DNA of 32,000 nt from Wolbachia endosymbiont of Cimex lectularius (GCF_000829315.1 NZ_AP013028.1:690001-722000), one strand, 5' to 3'. Positions 9,209-19,046 are shown, counted from the stretch's first letter. Numbers and translations: made by a program. Notes: generated by a model not told the origin, from the letters alone.

Positions 9209-10861
9209 TTAGAATCCATTCATTCCACCCATGCCACCTGCACCCATAGGAGATGAAGCGCTTTCATCCTTGTTTGGTACATCAACTATCATGGATTCAG
9301 TAGTAATCAGTACGCTTGCAACAGATATCGCTGTTTCAAAAGCAATACGGACCACCTTCGCTGGGTCAATAACACCTGCAGTAAATGCGTTAGCATAATT
9401 CATAGCCTCAACGTTGTATATAAGCTCTTTATCATTCTGTTTAATCAAATGATCAATTATAACAGCAGACTCAAGACCAGCATTTTTGACTAATCTCTTG
9501 ATAGGAGCGCTGAGGACTTTCTTAATAATATTTACACCTATCTGTTCCTCATCACTTCCACCTTTTAGCTTATCGAGAACAGATGAAGTGTAAAGAAGTG
9601 CAACTCCACCACCTGGAACTATGCCTTCTTCAATTGCAGCTCTTGTTGCATGCAATGCATCCTCAACTCTATCTCTACGCTCTTTAACTTCTACTTCAGT
9701 TGCTCCACCAACTTTAAGCACGGCAACACCGCCCGATAGTTTTGCTAAACGCTCCCTTAGCTTTTCCTTATCGTAATCAGAAGTTGAAGTTTCAATTTGC
9801 GATTTGATCTGTTCGATTCTAGCTTTCACTCTGTCAGAGTCGCTATTTTCACTGACAATTGTGGTATTGTCTTTAGTGATTTTAACATTTTTAGCGGTAC
9901 CAAGATCTTCAAGAGTGAGATCTTCCATCTTGATTCCAAGCTCATCTTTTATGACGTACTTAGCGCCTGTTAAAGCTGCTATATCTTCAAGCATCTCTTT
10001 TCTTCTGTCACCAAAGCCTGGAGCTTTTACCGCAGCGACTTTTAAACCACCACGCAGTTTATTGATAACCAAAGTACTTAATGCTTCACCTTCAATATCC
10101 TCTGCAATAATAAGTAAAGATCTACCAGACTTAACAACAGCTTCAAGAACAGGAAGTAGAGGTTGGATAATATTCAGTTTTTTCTCTGTAATTAAGAGAT
10201 ATGGATCATCAAGCTCCACAATCATTTTTTCATTGTTCGTAATAAAGTACGGAGAAAGATAACCACGATCAAACTGCATACCAGTAGTAAGCTCAACTTC
10301 TAACTCTTTTGAACCCTTACTTTCTTCAACAGTGATCACACCTTCTTTTCCTACCTTTTTAACGGCATCAGCAATGCTACTACCAATATCTCTATCACCA
10401 TTTGCAGAAATGATAGCAACTTGCGCTACTTCATCTACCTTCTCCAAAGAAATTGTGCGAGACATCGATGCAATTTCCTTTAATACTACATCTTTTGCCT
10501 TCTGCATTCCGTTTTTAATGCTAACACGATCATTTCCGGCAGCAATTGATTTTGAAGCCTCCATTATCATGTTGCTAGTTAGTATTGAGCACGTTGTTGT
10601 ACCATCACCAACTTTATCATTACATTGAGAGCAGCTTTGAGCAAAGATGCTTGTTATTGCAGCATTTAATGGTTTTTCAGGCTTGATACCCTTCATTACC
10701 TTATAACCATCTTTTGTAATTTCTGGTGCTCCATAGGGCTTGTTAATCCCTACTGTTTTTCCCCTAGGCCCTGCAGTTACTGCTACTGTTGAGTCTACTA
10801 CTGCTGCAACTTCACGAAAAGCTTCTTGCAACTGCTCGCCTGACACTACTACATTAGTCAT
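9209..10861 (-). CDS. groEL: Chaperonin GroEL (60 kDa)
   Basis: Unmistakable GroEL sequence with a C-terminal GGM tail. Start moved to the ATG at 10861, because the GTG at 10870 lies inside the Shine-Dalgarno aagaggtga. Confidence 0.98.
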   Translation of the reverse strand: MTNVVVSGEQLQEAFREVAAVVDSTVAVTAGPRGKTVGINKPYGAPEITKDGYKVMKGIKPEKPLNAAITSIFAQSCSQCNDKVGDGTTTCSILTSNMIMEASKSIAAGNDRVSIKNGMQKAKDVVLKEIASMSRTISLEKVDEVAQVAIISANGDRDIGSSIADAVKKVGKEGVITVEESKGSKELEVELTTGMQFDRGYLSPYFITNNEKMIVELDDPYLLITEKKLNIIQPLLPVLEAVVKSGRSLLIIAEDIEGEALSTLVINKLRGGLKVAAVKAPGFGDRRKEMLEDIAALTGAKYVIKDELGIKMEDLTLEDLGTAKNVKITKDNTTIVSENSDSDRVKARIEQIKSQIETSTSDYDKEKLRERLAKLSGGVAVLKVGGATEVEVKERRDRVEDALHATRAAIEEGIVPGGGVALLYTSSVLDKLKGGSDEEQIGVNIIKKVLSAPIKRLVKNAGLESAVIIDHLIKQNDKELIYNVEAMNYANAFTAGVIDPAKVVRIAFETAISVASVLITTESMIVDVPNKDESASSPMGAGGMGGMNGF

Positions 10862-10962
10862 TTTTATCACCTCTTGTTAATAAGAAATTTAGAAAACTAT
10901 AATAAAATCACTTACAATGCACTATGTTGTGCTTTGTTTTAGTTTAGTAAAAATAAAAGCTG

Positions 10963-11253
10963 CTACTTAACGATAGCAAGTATATCGGACTCTTTCATTA
11001 CTATAAACTTTTCATCGCCGTGCTCTATCTCCGTACCAGCCCATTGCCGATAAAACACTTTATCACCAGCTTTTACAGTTAAAGCTATGCGTTCACCACT
11101 TGAATTGCGTGAACCCTCACCAGCTGCTATAACTTCACCTTTAATAGGTTTCTTTTCAGCACTCGATGGAAGCACGATCCCACCTTGTTTTTCTTCGCTG
11201 ATAGGCTTAATCAGAACACTATCATCCAATACACTTAAGTTTATACTTGACAT
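10963..11253 (-). CDS. groES: Co-chaperonin GroES (10 kDa)
   Basis: 96 aa; LKP..D.VLIK...[20 protein letters not shown]; immediately upstream of groEL. Confidence 0.97.
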   Translation of the reverse strand: MSSINLSVLDDSVLIKPISEEKQGGIVLPSSAEKKPIKGEVIAAGEGSRNSSGERIALTVKAGDKVFYRQWAGTEIEHGDEKFIVMKESDILAIVK

Positions 11254-11289
11254 TTATTTTTCCTCATAAATAAATTAACCTATAAACTT

Positions 11290-11318
11290 ATATATGTACT
11301 TGTAAGCCGGATTTCAAG
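11290..11318 (-). promoter_or_regulatory. Candidate RpoH (sigma32)-type heat-shock promoter of groES-groEL
   Basis: The minus strand reads CTTGAAAtccggcttacaagtaCATATAT. This resembles the alphaproteobacterial RpoH consensus CTTG-N17/18-CYTATNT with one mismatch. No CIRCE inverted repeat was found in 11254-11398. Confidence 0.3.
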
Positions 11319-11398
11319 GGCTGAGGCTTGTAAAATATAAGAAGACGAAGTGTGCCTAATATTATATAGTAAAATTTAGGTTTATTGACAGAAATTGT

Positions 11399-12193
11399 AT
11401 GAGTTATATACCATTACAAAGCCGTGGTGTAATAGTTTTATACGGGCCAGACACAAGGGATTTCCTGCAGGGTATTATAACAAATGACATTAATAAGTTA
11501 GATAGCCAAAAGGCTATTTACTCTTTATTGCTTAGCCCCCAGGGAAAGTACTTATACGATTTTTTTCTGATTAGATATGGTAAATATATCCTCTTGGAAT
11601 GCGAAAATATGCACTTGCAGCAAATAATTGAGAAACTGGATTTGCTTAAAACTTACCTGAGAGTGAAGATTAAAGACGTTAGTTCATTGTATAAGGTTGG
11701 AGTTTTGTTTAATACTAAGTCAACAGAATGTAATGAGTCACAAATTATTTTTCAAGATCCAAGGCACAAATCCTTGGGAATGAGGATCATACATAAAGGC
11801 GAAATAAAGCAGCCAGCCGGAAATTTTACTCAATACGAAAAAGTTAGAATTCAAAACCTCGTTCCAGATGGAGCAAGAGATATGGTGCAGAATTCGTCGT
11901 TTCCGCTGCAATATTTAATCGATAAGGTCAACGGAATAAGCTTCAATAAGGAGTGTTATATAGGCCAGGAAGTTGTAAATCGAATGAGCAGGCAAGAAAC
12001 GTTCAGAAGAAAACTTTACCTTGTTGAGGGAAATAGCGCACTTCCAAATATCGGTACTAAAGTCACAAATGAGAACAATGAAGAAATAGGCGAACTGCGC
12101 TCTAGCGTAGACAATATTGGACTTGCATTGCTTTACACTGGGAAAAGCCACGCCAATTTATGTACTGGTGGGGTCAAAATATCTGCGCGTTAA
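11399..12193 (+). CDS. ygfZ: YgfZ/GcvT-family folate-binding protein (Fe-S cluster repair/tRNA modification associated)
   Basis: 264 aa; N-terminus L..RGVI.L.G.D...FLQG..TNDI and the signature near the C-terminus KECYIGQEVVNRM (KGCYxGQE). Confidence 0.75.
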   Translation: MSYIPLQSRGVIVLYGPDTRDFLQGIITNDINKLDSQKAIYSLLLSPQGKYLYDFFLIRYGKYILLECENMHLQQIIEKLDLLKTYLRVKIKDVSSLYKVGVLFNTKSTECNESQIIFQDPRHKSLGMRIIHKGEIKQPAGNFTQYEKVRIQNLVPDGARDMVQNSSFPLQYLIDKVNGISFNKECYIGQEVVNRMSRQETFRRKLYLVEGNSALPNIGTKVTNENNEEIGELRSSVDNIGLALLYTGKSHANLCTGGVKISAR

Positions 12194-12250
12194 GGTGCTT
12201 GGGTCTAAGTTAAGGCAGTGCATGCACTGGCCATAGAAATAAAAAACTAC

Positions 12251-12279
12251 TTGACAACCTTCGCTAGCGCCTTTACAAT
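12251..12279 (+). promoter_or_regulatory. Sigma70-type promoter-like module inside repeat R1 (TTGACA-N17-TACAAT)
   Basis: ttgaca (12251-12256), 17-nt spacer, tacaat (12274-12279), with an upstream A-tract aaaaaact. Confidence 0.55.
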
Positions 12280-12569
12280 AGAATTGTGGGTGTTTTAGGC
12301 CTAAAATTTATCTTTAATCTTGTATTAAGTGACAAAAGCACAGTATAAAACAAGGCGTGTTATGTTTTATTTTTGCAGCATGGACACTGCATGTCTTTAT
12401 AATCTTTTGTCTACATTAGCTGAGCCTCACTTATTAAGCGGTGTAAGAGAGAATCGGACGCCAAGTTTTTGAGAGAACAGTAAACAACTCACGTTGCGGG
12501 TTTTTTTTTGTCTTTTTTTTAAATTAGTTAAAATTTTAACCAATCTCATTTTTTTCACAAAAAAACTGC

Positions 12570-12598
12570 TTGACAAGTTTCGACATTTCCCTTATCAT
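12570..12598 (+). promoter_or_regulatory. Second promoter-like module inside repeat R1 (TTGACA-N17-TATCAT)
   Basis: ttgaca (12570-12575), 17-nt spacer, tatcat (12593-12598), preceded by aaaaaaactgc. Confidence 0.5.
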
Positions 12599-12858
12599 AA
12601 ATTATGGGTATTTACAACCCCAAGTTCAGCTACTTGTTAAGCGTATAGAGCATTAACGCCAAGTTATTAAAATGGATATTGACCAGGGTTTCTTTTGCCT
12701 TTTTCTCCATTTAGTAAATTTCTTAAATATTTATTACTAAAGTAGTATCCTGGGATGGCAGGAGAAGGAGCTACTTGGATGACACCCTCCTGGTAGGCTC
12801 GAATCACAGTGTTCATACAGTTGTAAGCGATACAGATTGGGCAGTCCTGGCTACTAAT

Positions 12859-13968
12859 CTATATATTTCTAAACGCAATACGCTTACGAAATTTTAGTGT
12901 AAGAGCTTGGTTTCTACTAAAAGACAGCATTATGCCAAGTGCAATGCTTGAAGATAAAAGAGAAGAGCCGCCATAGCTAAGTAATGGCAAAGTTATACCA
13001 GTGGTGGGAAAAATGCTTAACGTTACCCCTATGTTTATTATAAATTGTGCGATAAATTGAATCGAAATACCGAGAATTGCCAGCAGATTGAATAATTCAC
13101 TTTCTCTATATGCAACATAGAGTAAACGAGCGGAAATGATGCCAAACAACATCAATGTGGCTAAACACACAATCAAGCCAAATTCTTCTGCTAAAACAGA
13201 AAATACAAAATCTGTATGACAATCAGGAAGAGAGATTTTTACGCTACCTTCGCCAGGTCCAACACCGGTTAACTGGCCTTTTTTGAAAGCTTCCAATGAT
13301 TTTATAACTTGGAAATTATCACGCTGTGTAAAAAAGAGAAAATTGTAAACCCTTTGCTTTATATGCGGGAAACACAAGTAAGCCGCCGCAATTCCAGTTG
13401 TGACTATTCCTACTATGCATACAAAGTATAGAAGTGGTATACATGCAATAAACATTTGGCCGACAAAAGAATATGTCAAAAGCATAGACATACTGAAATC
13501 AGGCTGCAAAAGCAGCAATGTAAAAAACAACAAAAATATTATAATTGATATGTGAATTTTAAACTTCATTCCGCTAGCCAGGACACTAGCCATAACAACG
13601 GAAAAAAATGGCCTTACAAACTCAGATGGTTGAATTGAAATTTTGAAAATATGTAACCATCGTCTCGCGCCTTTTGTTTCCATGCCAAGTATTACCACAG
13701 CTACCATTAGAATAATAAATAGAGTAAAACCCGCAAGCGAGAGGTTAAGTATGGTTTTTATATTGAGAAAAGAAAATGTTACTAGGGTAACCAGTGACAG
13801 AACTATATAAACTGTATGGCGCTGTATAAAATAATTTTGCGGTAAAGAAAGGCGCTGTGCAATTGCAGGACTTGCCGAATGAACGAGAACGAAGCTTATA
13901 GTCAGCAAAAGGACTACTGGAATAATGAGATAATAATCTAGTGTTCTATACCAGAGTTTAATGTTCAT
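12859..13968 (-). CDS. SEDS-family peptidoglycan glycosyltransferase (FtsW/RodA/SpoVE family), 369 aa
   Basis: 10-TM protein with motifs [18 protein letters not shown] and ...[12 protein letters not shown] typical of FtsW/RodA. Which paralog it is cannot be decided by eye. Confidence 0.85.
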   Translation of the reverse strand: MNIKLWYRTLDYYLIIPVVLLLTISFVLVHSASPAIAQRLSLPQNYFIQRHTVYIVLSLVTLVTFSFLNIKTILNLSLAGFTLFIILMVAVVILGMETKGARRWLHIFKISIQPSEFVRPFFSVVMASVLASGMKFKIHISIIIFLLFFTLLLLQPDFSMSMLLTYSFVGQMFIACIPLLYFVCIVGIVTTGIAAAYLCFPHIKQRVYNFLFFTQRDNFQVIKSLEAFKKGQLTGVGPGEGSVKISLPDCHTDFVFSVLAEEFGLIVCLATLMLFGIISARLLYVAYRESELFNLLAILGISIQFIAQFIINIGVTLSIFPTTGITLPLLSYGGSSLLSSSIALGIMLSFSRNQALTLKFRKRIAFRNI

Positions 13969-14663
13969 TTTGTTCCAATGTGTAATGCCACTATTCCATA
14001 GCTCATATTATGAAACTCAACATTCTTAAAGCCTACTTCTTCAATTTCAATTTTAAACTCAGCTTGAGTTGGAAACTCCCTGATGCTTTTCACCAAATAT
14101 TCATAGGAACTCTTATCTTTAGCAACTATGCTGCCAATTTTGGGAATTACTTTAAATGAATATAAGTCATAAAATTTGGTGAACATTTCATTTTGATAGT
14201 GCATAGGGGCAAACTCCAGGCAGATAAATTGCCCATTTGGTTTTAATACCCTGTATGCTTCACTTAAAGCCTTCTTGCGATCGGAAACGTTTCGAATGCC
14301 AAAGGCTACTGTGCAACAATCAAATTCGAAATCTTCAAAAGGCAAACTTTCTGCATCTGCACACACCCAATTAAAATTAAGCTGGTTTGCATTTATAGTT
14401 TTATCACGGCCTCTGCTTAGCATATTTTGATTTATATCACATATTGTGATCTGAGCACTTGGTTCTCTTTTCGCTATTCTTATTGCTATATCTCCAGTTC
14501 CTCCAGCGATATCCAAAACCTTAGAGTTTTTTGTAAAATGCACACTATTTACCATCTTATCCTTCCATAGCCTGTGCATTCCAAGGCTCATTATATCATT
14601 CATAACATCGTAGCGATTTGCTACGGAATCGAACACCTCTTTAACCAATTGTGATTTATCCAT
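13965..14663 (-). CDS. ubiE: Demethylmenaquinone/ubiquinone C-methyltransferase UbiE
   Basis: [25 protein letters not shown] and the SAM motif [12 protein letters not shown]. Overlaps the downstream SEDS gene by 4 nt (ATGA). Confidence 0.93.
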   Translation of the reverse strand: MDKSQLVKEVFDSVANRYDVMNDIMSLGMHRLWKDKMVNSVHFTKNSKVLDIAGGTGDIAIRIAKREPSAQITICDINQNMLSRGRDKTINANQLNFNWVCADAESLPFEDFEFDCCTVAFGIRNVSDRKKALSEAYRVLKPNGQFICLEFAPMHYQNEMFTKFYDLYSFKVIPKIGSIVAKDKSSYEYLVKSIREFPTQAEFKIEIEEVGFKNVEFHNMSYGIVALHIGTK

Positions 14664-14969
14664 ACCCTTCTCGATTTTTATTTAGGCATTACGTAAAATC
14701 GTTGAACGCCTTTTATCATAAAAGTATATCCAGTATTCTGCTGCTGGAATACCTTCTTAATTTTTAATCATGTCTTGCAATATTATACTAAATTTTGTGC
14801 CATTTATTATAAGTTAAGTCAACTCAAGTACATTTGAAGTTTTTTATTGAAACAGGCGAAAATTCTTCCTGTATATCAGCAAAATACTAAAAAAACTATC
14901 GTCTTTCTTTATTGAAAAATTAAAAAAGATGCTGTATACTTGTTACAGTAGTAGATTTTGGTAAAACTT

Positions 14970-15182
14970 ATGGCAAACTCAAGAATTAACATCACTGAAG
15001 GAACTTTAAGAGATCTTACTCGTTTGGCTAGAGTAAAAAAACAGCCTGTTTAAGAGCTAATAGAGGAATTGGTACAAGAAGCAATTGAACGTGAAGAAGA
15101 TATAGCGTTATTTAAACTTGCTGTTAAACGTGACACCCGGAATGCAAAATTAATTAGACATGAAGACATCAACTGGGAATAA
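14970..15182 (+). pseudogene. Ribbon-helix-helix (RelB-like) antitoxin with an in-frame TAA stop at 15051-15053
   Basis: My translation: MANSRINITEGTLRDLTRLARVKKQPV*ELIEELVQEAIEREEDIALFKLAVKRDTRNAKLIRHEDINWE*. The frame is continuous apart from the single stop, and the gene overlaps the toxin ORF. Confidence 0.6.
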
Positions 15183-15417
15183 GCACCAAATTTATTATGA
15201 GGAAGATGCGGTCTACGAAGACCTTCCAGCTCTTCCTAAAACAATAAGATTGAGAGTTAAAGAAGCAATAAAAGAACGTCTTTCAGATTTTCCTGATAAA
15301 GCAGGAAAGCCTCTATTAGGTGAACTTAAAGGATCCCGTAGAATGCAAGTAGGTGATTACCGTGTGATTTATGAAGTAGACGATTTAGAACATATGGTAG
15401 AGTGCAATAAGACATAG
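15160..15417 (+). CDS. RelE/ParE-family toxin-like protein (85 aa), possibly C-terminally degenerate
   Basis: ...LPKTIRLRVKEAIKERLSDFPDKAGKPLLGELKGSRRMQVGDYRVIYEVDD... is the canonical RelE/ParE core (G.L.g..r.RvGdYRviY.vdd). The tail ends ...EHMVECNKT without the usual ...HR...Y. Confidence 0.65.
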   Translation: MKTSTGNKHQIYYEEDAVYEDLPALPKTIRLRVKEAIKERLSDFPDKAGKPLLGELKGSRRMQVGDYRVIYEVDDLEHMVECNKT

Positions 15418-15545
15418 GAAACTAGCATCACTAAAACAGCTACTTGAGCGACAGAGAGGAACTTTCGAATCACTTGGTTAAATTAATGTAACCAATGAGG
15501 AAAATGTATTATAATAAAACTTTTATAGCTCAGCGAATCCATTAA

Positions 15546-16742
15546 GTGGCAATACAAAATATTATCTCTCTTATCATGATATTATCTGTAGCAATTGCCG
15601 ATATGGCAACTGACCTGTATTCAGTTGCATTACCGAGCATTGCCCATTATTTTGAAGTAGAAGGCCATGTGGTGCAGCTTACAATCAGCTTAAATTTGGT
15701 TGGACTTGCGATATCCGGATTAATTTATGGTCCACTATCCGACCATTATGGTAGGCGTCCAATCATGCTGATTGGTATGGCAATTTTTACTTTGGCGAGT
15801 ATTACATGTTACATAGCTGACAATATTGCGCTCTTAATACTCATTCGCTTTATACAAGGAATAGGGGCTGGTGTTACAAGTGTAGTTGGGTATGCAGCAA
15901 TAAGGGATATGTACTCAGGTAGTGAATACTCAAGAGTAATTTCAAAGTTAAATATGGTAGTAGCGCTTTCACCTGGGATAGCTCCAGTGGTAGGCAGTTA
16001 TATAATTTCAAGTGGGTACAGTTGGAAATTTTTGTTTTTTATTATATCATTCGCAGCAATTGTTATGCTCGTTTTTATTTACTTTAAGTTACAAGAAACA
16101 CTCACTATAAGTAAAAGTGAAACCAGTATAACTAGAGTAATAGTCAGTATTCCTAAACAATATATATCAATATTTAGAAATCATCGTTTCCTTGGGTTCG
16201 CAGCCATCCATGGATTAACGTTCATGTGGCTTTGGGCGTATATTGCTAACTACCCTTTCATATTTGAGTCTATGGGTGTTGAAGTACAATATTTTGGTTA
16301 TCTAATATCAATCATAGTTATATTTTACATAATTGGAACTTTGATTAACAGAAGATATGTACCAAAAGTAGGGGTTAGCCGGATGTTAATAATAGGTTTG
16401 ATGTTGCCAATAATACCTGAGAGTTTGCTGGTATATTTTTACTCTATAGGCAAATTAAACGTGTTTGTCCTTCAAACTGTTTGGATTCCAAGCAATATAG
16501 GTCTTGCACTCGTAATAAGCAACAACGTAACCTCTGCGTTAGAAGCAACCAAAAGTATAGGGCTTGGCAGTGCAGTTCTCTCATTTTGCAATATGATGTT
16601 TGGAGCCATCGGAGTATATATAGTAGGAAAATTCTTTTCTTACGGTATTTTATCAAATTTGCTATTGACAATAACATGCTCTATAATTGCGGTTCTCATA
16701 TACTGCCTACTCAGATGTACTGAAAAATATTCAAAAGACTGA
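15546..16742 (+). CDS. MFS transporter, Bcr/CflA-type drug efflux family, 398 aa
   Basis: 12 TM helices; MFS motif A GPLSDHYGRRPIML; GTG start at 15546. Confidence 0.82.
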   Translation: MAIQNIISLIMILSVAIADMATDLYSVALPSIAHYFEVEGHVVQLTISLNLVGLAISGLIYGPLSDHYGRRPIMLIGMAIFTLASITCYIADNIALLILIRFIQGIGAGVTSVVGYAAIRDMYSGSEYSRVISKLNMVVALSPGIAPVVGSYIISSGYSWKFLFFIISFAAIVMLVFIYFKLQETLTISKSETSITRVIVSIPKQYISIFRNHRFLGFAAIHGLTFMWLWAYIANYPFIFESMGVEVQYFGYLISIIVIFYIIGTLINRRYVPKVGVSRMLIIGLMLPIIPESLLVYFYSIGKLNVFVLQTVWIPSNIGLALVISNNVTSALEATKSIGLGSAVLSFCNMMFGAIGVYIVGKFFSYGILSNLLLTITCSIIAVLIYCLLRCTEKYSKD

Positions 16743-16809
16743 TTATATAGTAAGCCGGTTCTTTTTTTCTGGCATTCAGATACTGGAATTTCATATAGTT
16801 ATGTAGGGT

Positions 16810-18960
16810 CTACTGAGCGCAAACCAATTTCTCGCACACACATTTTACTATATGATCAGCACTGATATTAAAATGCTTATAAAGTGTTTTATAAGGTGCT
16901 GATTCTCCAAAACTTTTCATACCGATAAATACTCCATTTGAACCTATATATTTATGCCAACCCATTTCACTTCCAGCTTCAATTGCAACTTTAATGCTGT
17001 CATTATTTAATATTGCTGCTTTATACTCATCACTTTGCTCGTCAAAAAGCCTCCAGCATGGCATAGAAACAACTCTTGTACCTATGCCTTTTTCCTGCAA
17101 TTTTTTCCCTGCTTCAACTGCAATTTCAACCTCAGATCCGGTGGCAAATATCGTTACTTCTAGCTCCCCTGAATATTCGCACAGGGTGTATGCACCAAAC
17201 TTCGATAGGTTGGCGGATTGATCAATTCCAAAGTGGAATTTGCGCATGTAATTCACATTTTGCCTTGAAAGTGCAAGCAGTGCGGGTGACTCTTTTTTTT
17301 CCAGTGCAATGCTGATGCACTCCAGAGTTTCGATTGCATCGGCTGGTCTAAAAACGTACAAATTTGGTATAGCACGAAGAGAGGCTAAATGCTCTATCGG
17401 CTGATGAGTTGGACCATCCTCCCCTACTCCGATTGAGTCGTGAGTCATTACATATATAACCTGCTGTCTCATCAAGGCTGAAAGACGTATAGCAGGGCAG
17501 CAATAATCGGAAAACACCAAGAAAGTGCCACCGTAAGGAAGAATTCCGCCATGAAGAGCCATGCCGTTCATACAAGCTGCCATAGCGTGTTCTCTCACTC
17601 CATAGTGGACATAAGAACCACTATAATCATTGCTATTTATTACCTCCATATGCTTATATTTAGTGCAATTTGACCCAGTAAGATCAGCAGACCCACCAAT
17701 TAATTCCGGCATGGACTTAGTTAAGAGTTCCATTACCTTGCCAAAAGAGGACCGTGTAGCTTCGTTTGGCATTGCCTCGTGTATTTGTTTCTTTAGGTTA
17801 GCCAAATCGCTCTCTATATTATCTGGTAAACGTTTCGCAAGTCTTCTTTGCAGTTCTTTATTTTCACTGGATTCCAGTGTCACGCACTGGAATGACACCG
17901 AATTGTTGATATTATCCGGCAAACGCTGTTTTTGAAGTTCTGCGTAATCCTCTGTTATTCCAGTTTCACTCTTTGTCATCCCAGCTCCACTCTTTGTCAT
18001 ACCAGTGCTTGACACTGGGATCCATTCTTTTTCTTCTTCACTGGTCAAGTGCTGGAACGACATCGAATTGTAATTTTGTTTTGCTCTCTCAACTGTTTCC
18101 ATCCAGGCATTTTTCACATCCTTTGGCACATGAAATGGTTCGTGGTTCCAATTTAATCTCTCTCTCATCTTTTTTATATCTTCCTCCGTAAAAGCACCAC
18201 TATGAGCAGAAGATGTACCGGCACGGCTTGAAAATTTCCCAATGATGGTTTTGCAGCAAATAAGCGACGGCTTGTCAGATTTTTGCGCTTGCTCTATTGC
18301 AAGCGCTATGGAGTTAAAATCATGACCATCAATTTTGTTAACATTCCACCCATAAGCTGAAAAACGCTTTTCCACGTCATCAGAACAAGAAAGGCTAGCA
18401 GTACCATCTATAGAGATGTCATTATCATCAAAAAGGGCTATCAACTTATTCAATTTAAGATGTCCAGCAAGTGATGCTGCTTCATGGCTTATTCCTTCCA
18501 TAAGACAGCCATCTCCTAGCATTACATAAGTGTAATGCTTAATTCCAAACTGCTTTTCAAGGATCGATTCAGCAAGTGCCATGCCAACTGAAGTGGCGAG
18601 CCCCTGCCCTAGTGGACCTGTTGTTGCTTCTATTCCTGGAGTCAAGCCAAACTCTGGATGACCTGGAGTTTTGGATGTGAGTTGCCTGAAGTTCTTTAAC
18701 TCATCTATACTAATGTAGCCTGTGAGGTATAATATGGAGTACAGCAGCATTGAACCATGGCCGTTTGATAAAACGAAACGGTCTCTGTTGAACCATTTAG
18801 AATCATCAGGGTTGTGATTTAGATATTTAGCAAATAAAACAGTTGCAACATCTGCCATGCCAAGTGGCATACCTGGGTGCCCAGAGTTTGCTTTTTGTAC
18901 TGCATCAATTGACAAAAAGCGGATAGCATTTGCCATAGATTCCAAAGGTAGATGGTTCAT
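16810..18960 (-). CDS. tkt: Transketolase (716 aa) carrying an in-frame repeat-derived insertion
   Basis: N-terminus [42 protein letters not shown] and [10 protein letters not shown] are all canonical. About 50 residues longer than typical ~660-670-aa enzymes. Confidence 0.97.
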   Translation of the reverse strand: MNHLPLESMANAIRFLSIDAVQKANSGHPGMPLGMADVATVLFAKYLNHNPDDSKWFNRDRFVLSNGHGSMLLYSILYLTGYISIDELKNFRQLTSKTPGHPEFGLTPGIEATTGPLGQGLATSVGMALAESILEKQFGIKHYTYVMLGDGCLMEGISHEAASLAGHLKLNKLIALFDDNDISIDGTASLSCSDDVEKRFSAYGWNVNKIDGHDFNSIALAIEQAQKSDKPSLICCKTIIGKFSSRAGTSSAHSGAFTEEDIKKMRERLNWNHEPFHVPKDVKNAWMETVERAKQNYNSMSFQHLTSEEEKEWIPVSSTGMTKSGAGMTKSETGITEDYAELQKQRLPDNINNSVSFQCVTLESSENKELQRRLAKRLPDNIESDLANLKKQIHEAMPNEATRSSFGKVMELLTKSMPELIGGSADLTGSNCTKYKHMEVINSNDYSGSYVHYGVREHAMAACMNGMALHGGILPYGGTFLVFSDYCCPAIRLSALMRQQVIYVMTHDSIGVGEDGPTHQPIEHLASLRAIPNLYVFRPADAIETLECISIALEKKESPALLALSRQNVNYMRKFHFGIDQSANLSKFGAYTLCEYSGELEVTIFATGSEVEIAVEAGKKLQEKGIGTRVVSMPCWRLFDEQSDEYKAAILNNDSIKVAIEAGSEMGWHKYIGSNGVFIGMKSFGESAPYKTLYKHFNISADHIVKCVCEKLVCAQ
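17857..18065 (+). repeat. Palindromic repeat sequences embedded in the tkt coding region
   Basis: Hairpin cores attccagtg/tcacg/cactggaat (17871-17893) and ccagtg/cttga/cactgg (18002-18018). The stretch tctgttattccagt..c.ttgtcatcc.ag...gacact.g.atcc (17951-18023) is shared with intergenic 20041-20096. Confidence 0.8.
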
Positions 18961-19016
18961 ATGTCAATAGAAAAACTTAAAAGTGAAGTATAAGAAATTA
19001 AACTGGCAAAAACAAG

Positions 19017-19046
19017 TTGACACTTAATGCTAAAATCCTTAATAAT
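19017..19046 (+). promoter_or_regulatory. Candidate rpsD promoter (TTGACA-N18-AATAAT)
   Basis: ttgaca at 19017-19022 and aataat at 19041-19046, about 28 nt upstream of the rpsD ATG. Confidence 0.5.

Larger units (their letters stand above)
12241..12800 (-). repeat. Composite ~0.55-kb repeat, inverted copy (R1)
   Basis: Shares the following with the reverse complement of 20041-20565: the aaaaaactacttgacaacc end, the ...aacgcc.a... and accagggtttcttttgcc...tagtaaatttcttaaatat modules, and the ccaggatactact / gtcatccaagtagct palindromic end (12741-12800). Confidence 0.75.

Noticed and set aside
9804-10628. ORFs of 152 aa and 98 aa on the plus strand inside groEL
   Set aside because: They are antisense shadows of a highly expressed, unambiguous gene. 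The translations are low-complexity S/I/L-rich with no motifs.
10862-10870. GTG start for groEL (MIKMTNVV...)
   Set aside because: The GTG lies within the Shine-Dalgarno sequence for the ATG at 10861, and GroEL homologs start at MTNVV.
16994-18191. Several 72-101-aa ORFs on the plus strand inside tkt, and a same-strand off-frame ORF at 17348-17575
   Set aside because: They lie completely within the transketolase CDS and have no independent signals. Part of them merely translates the palindromic repeat.
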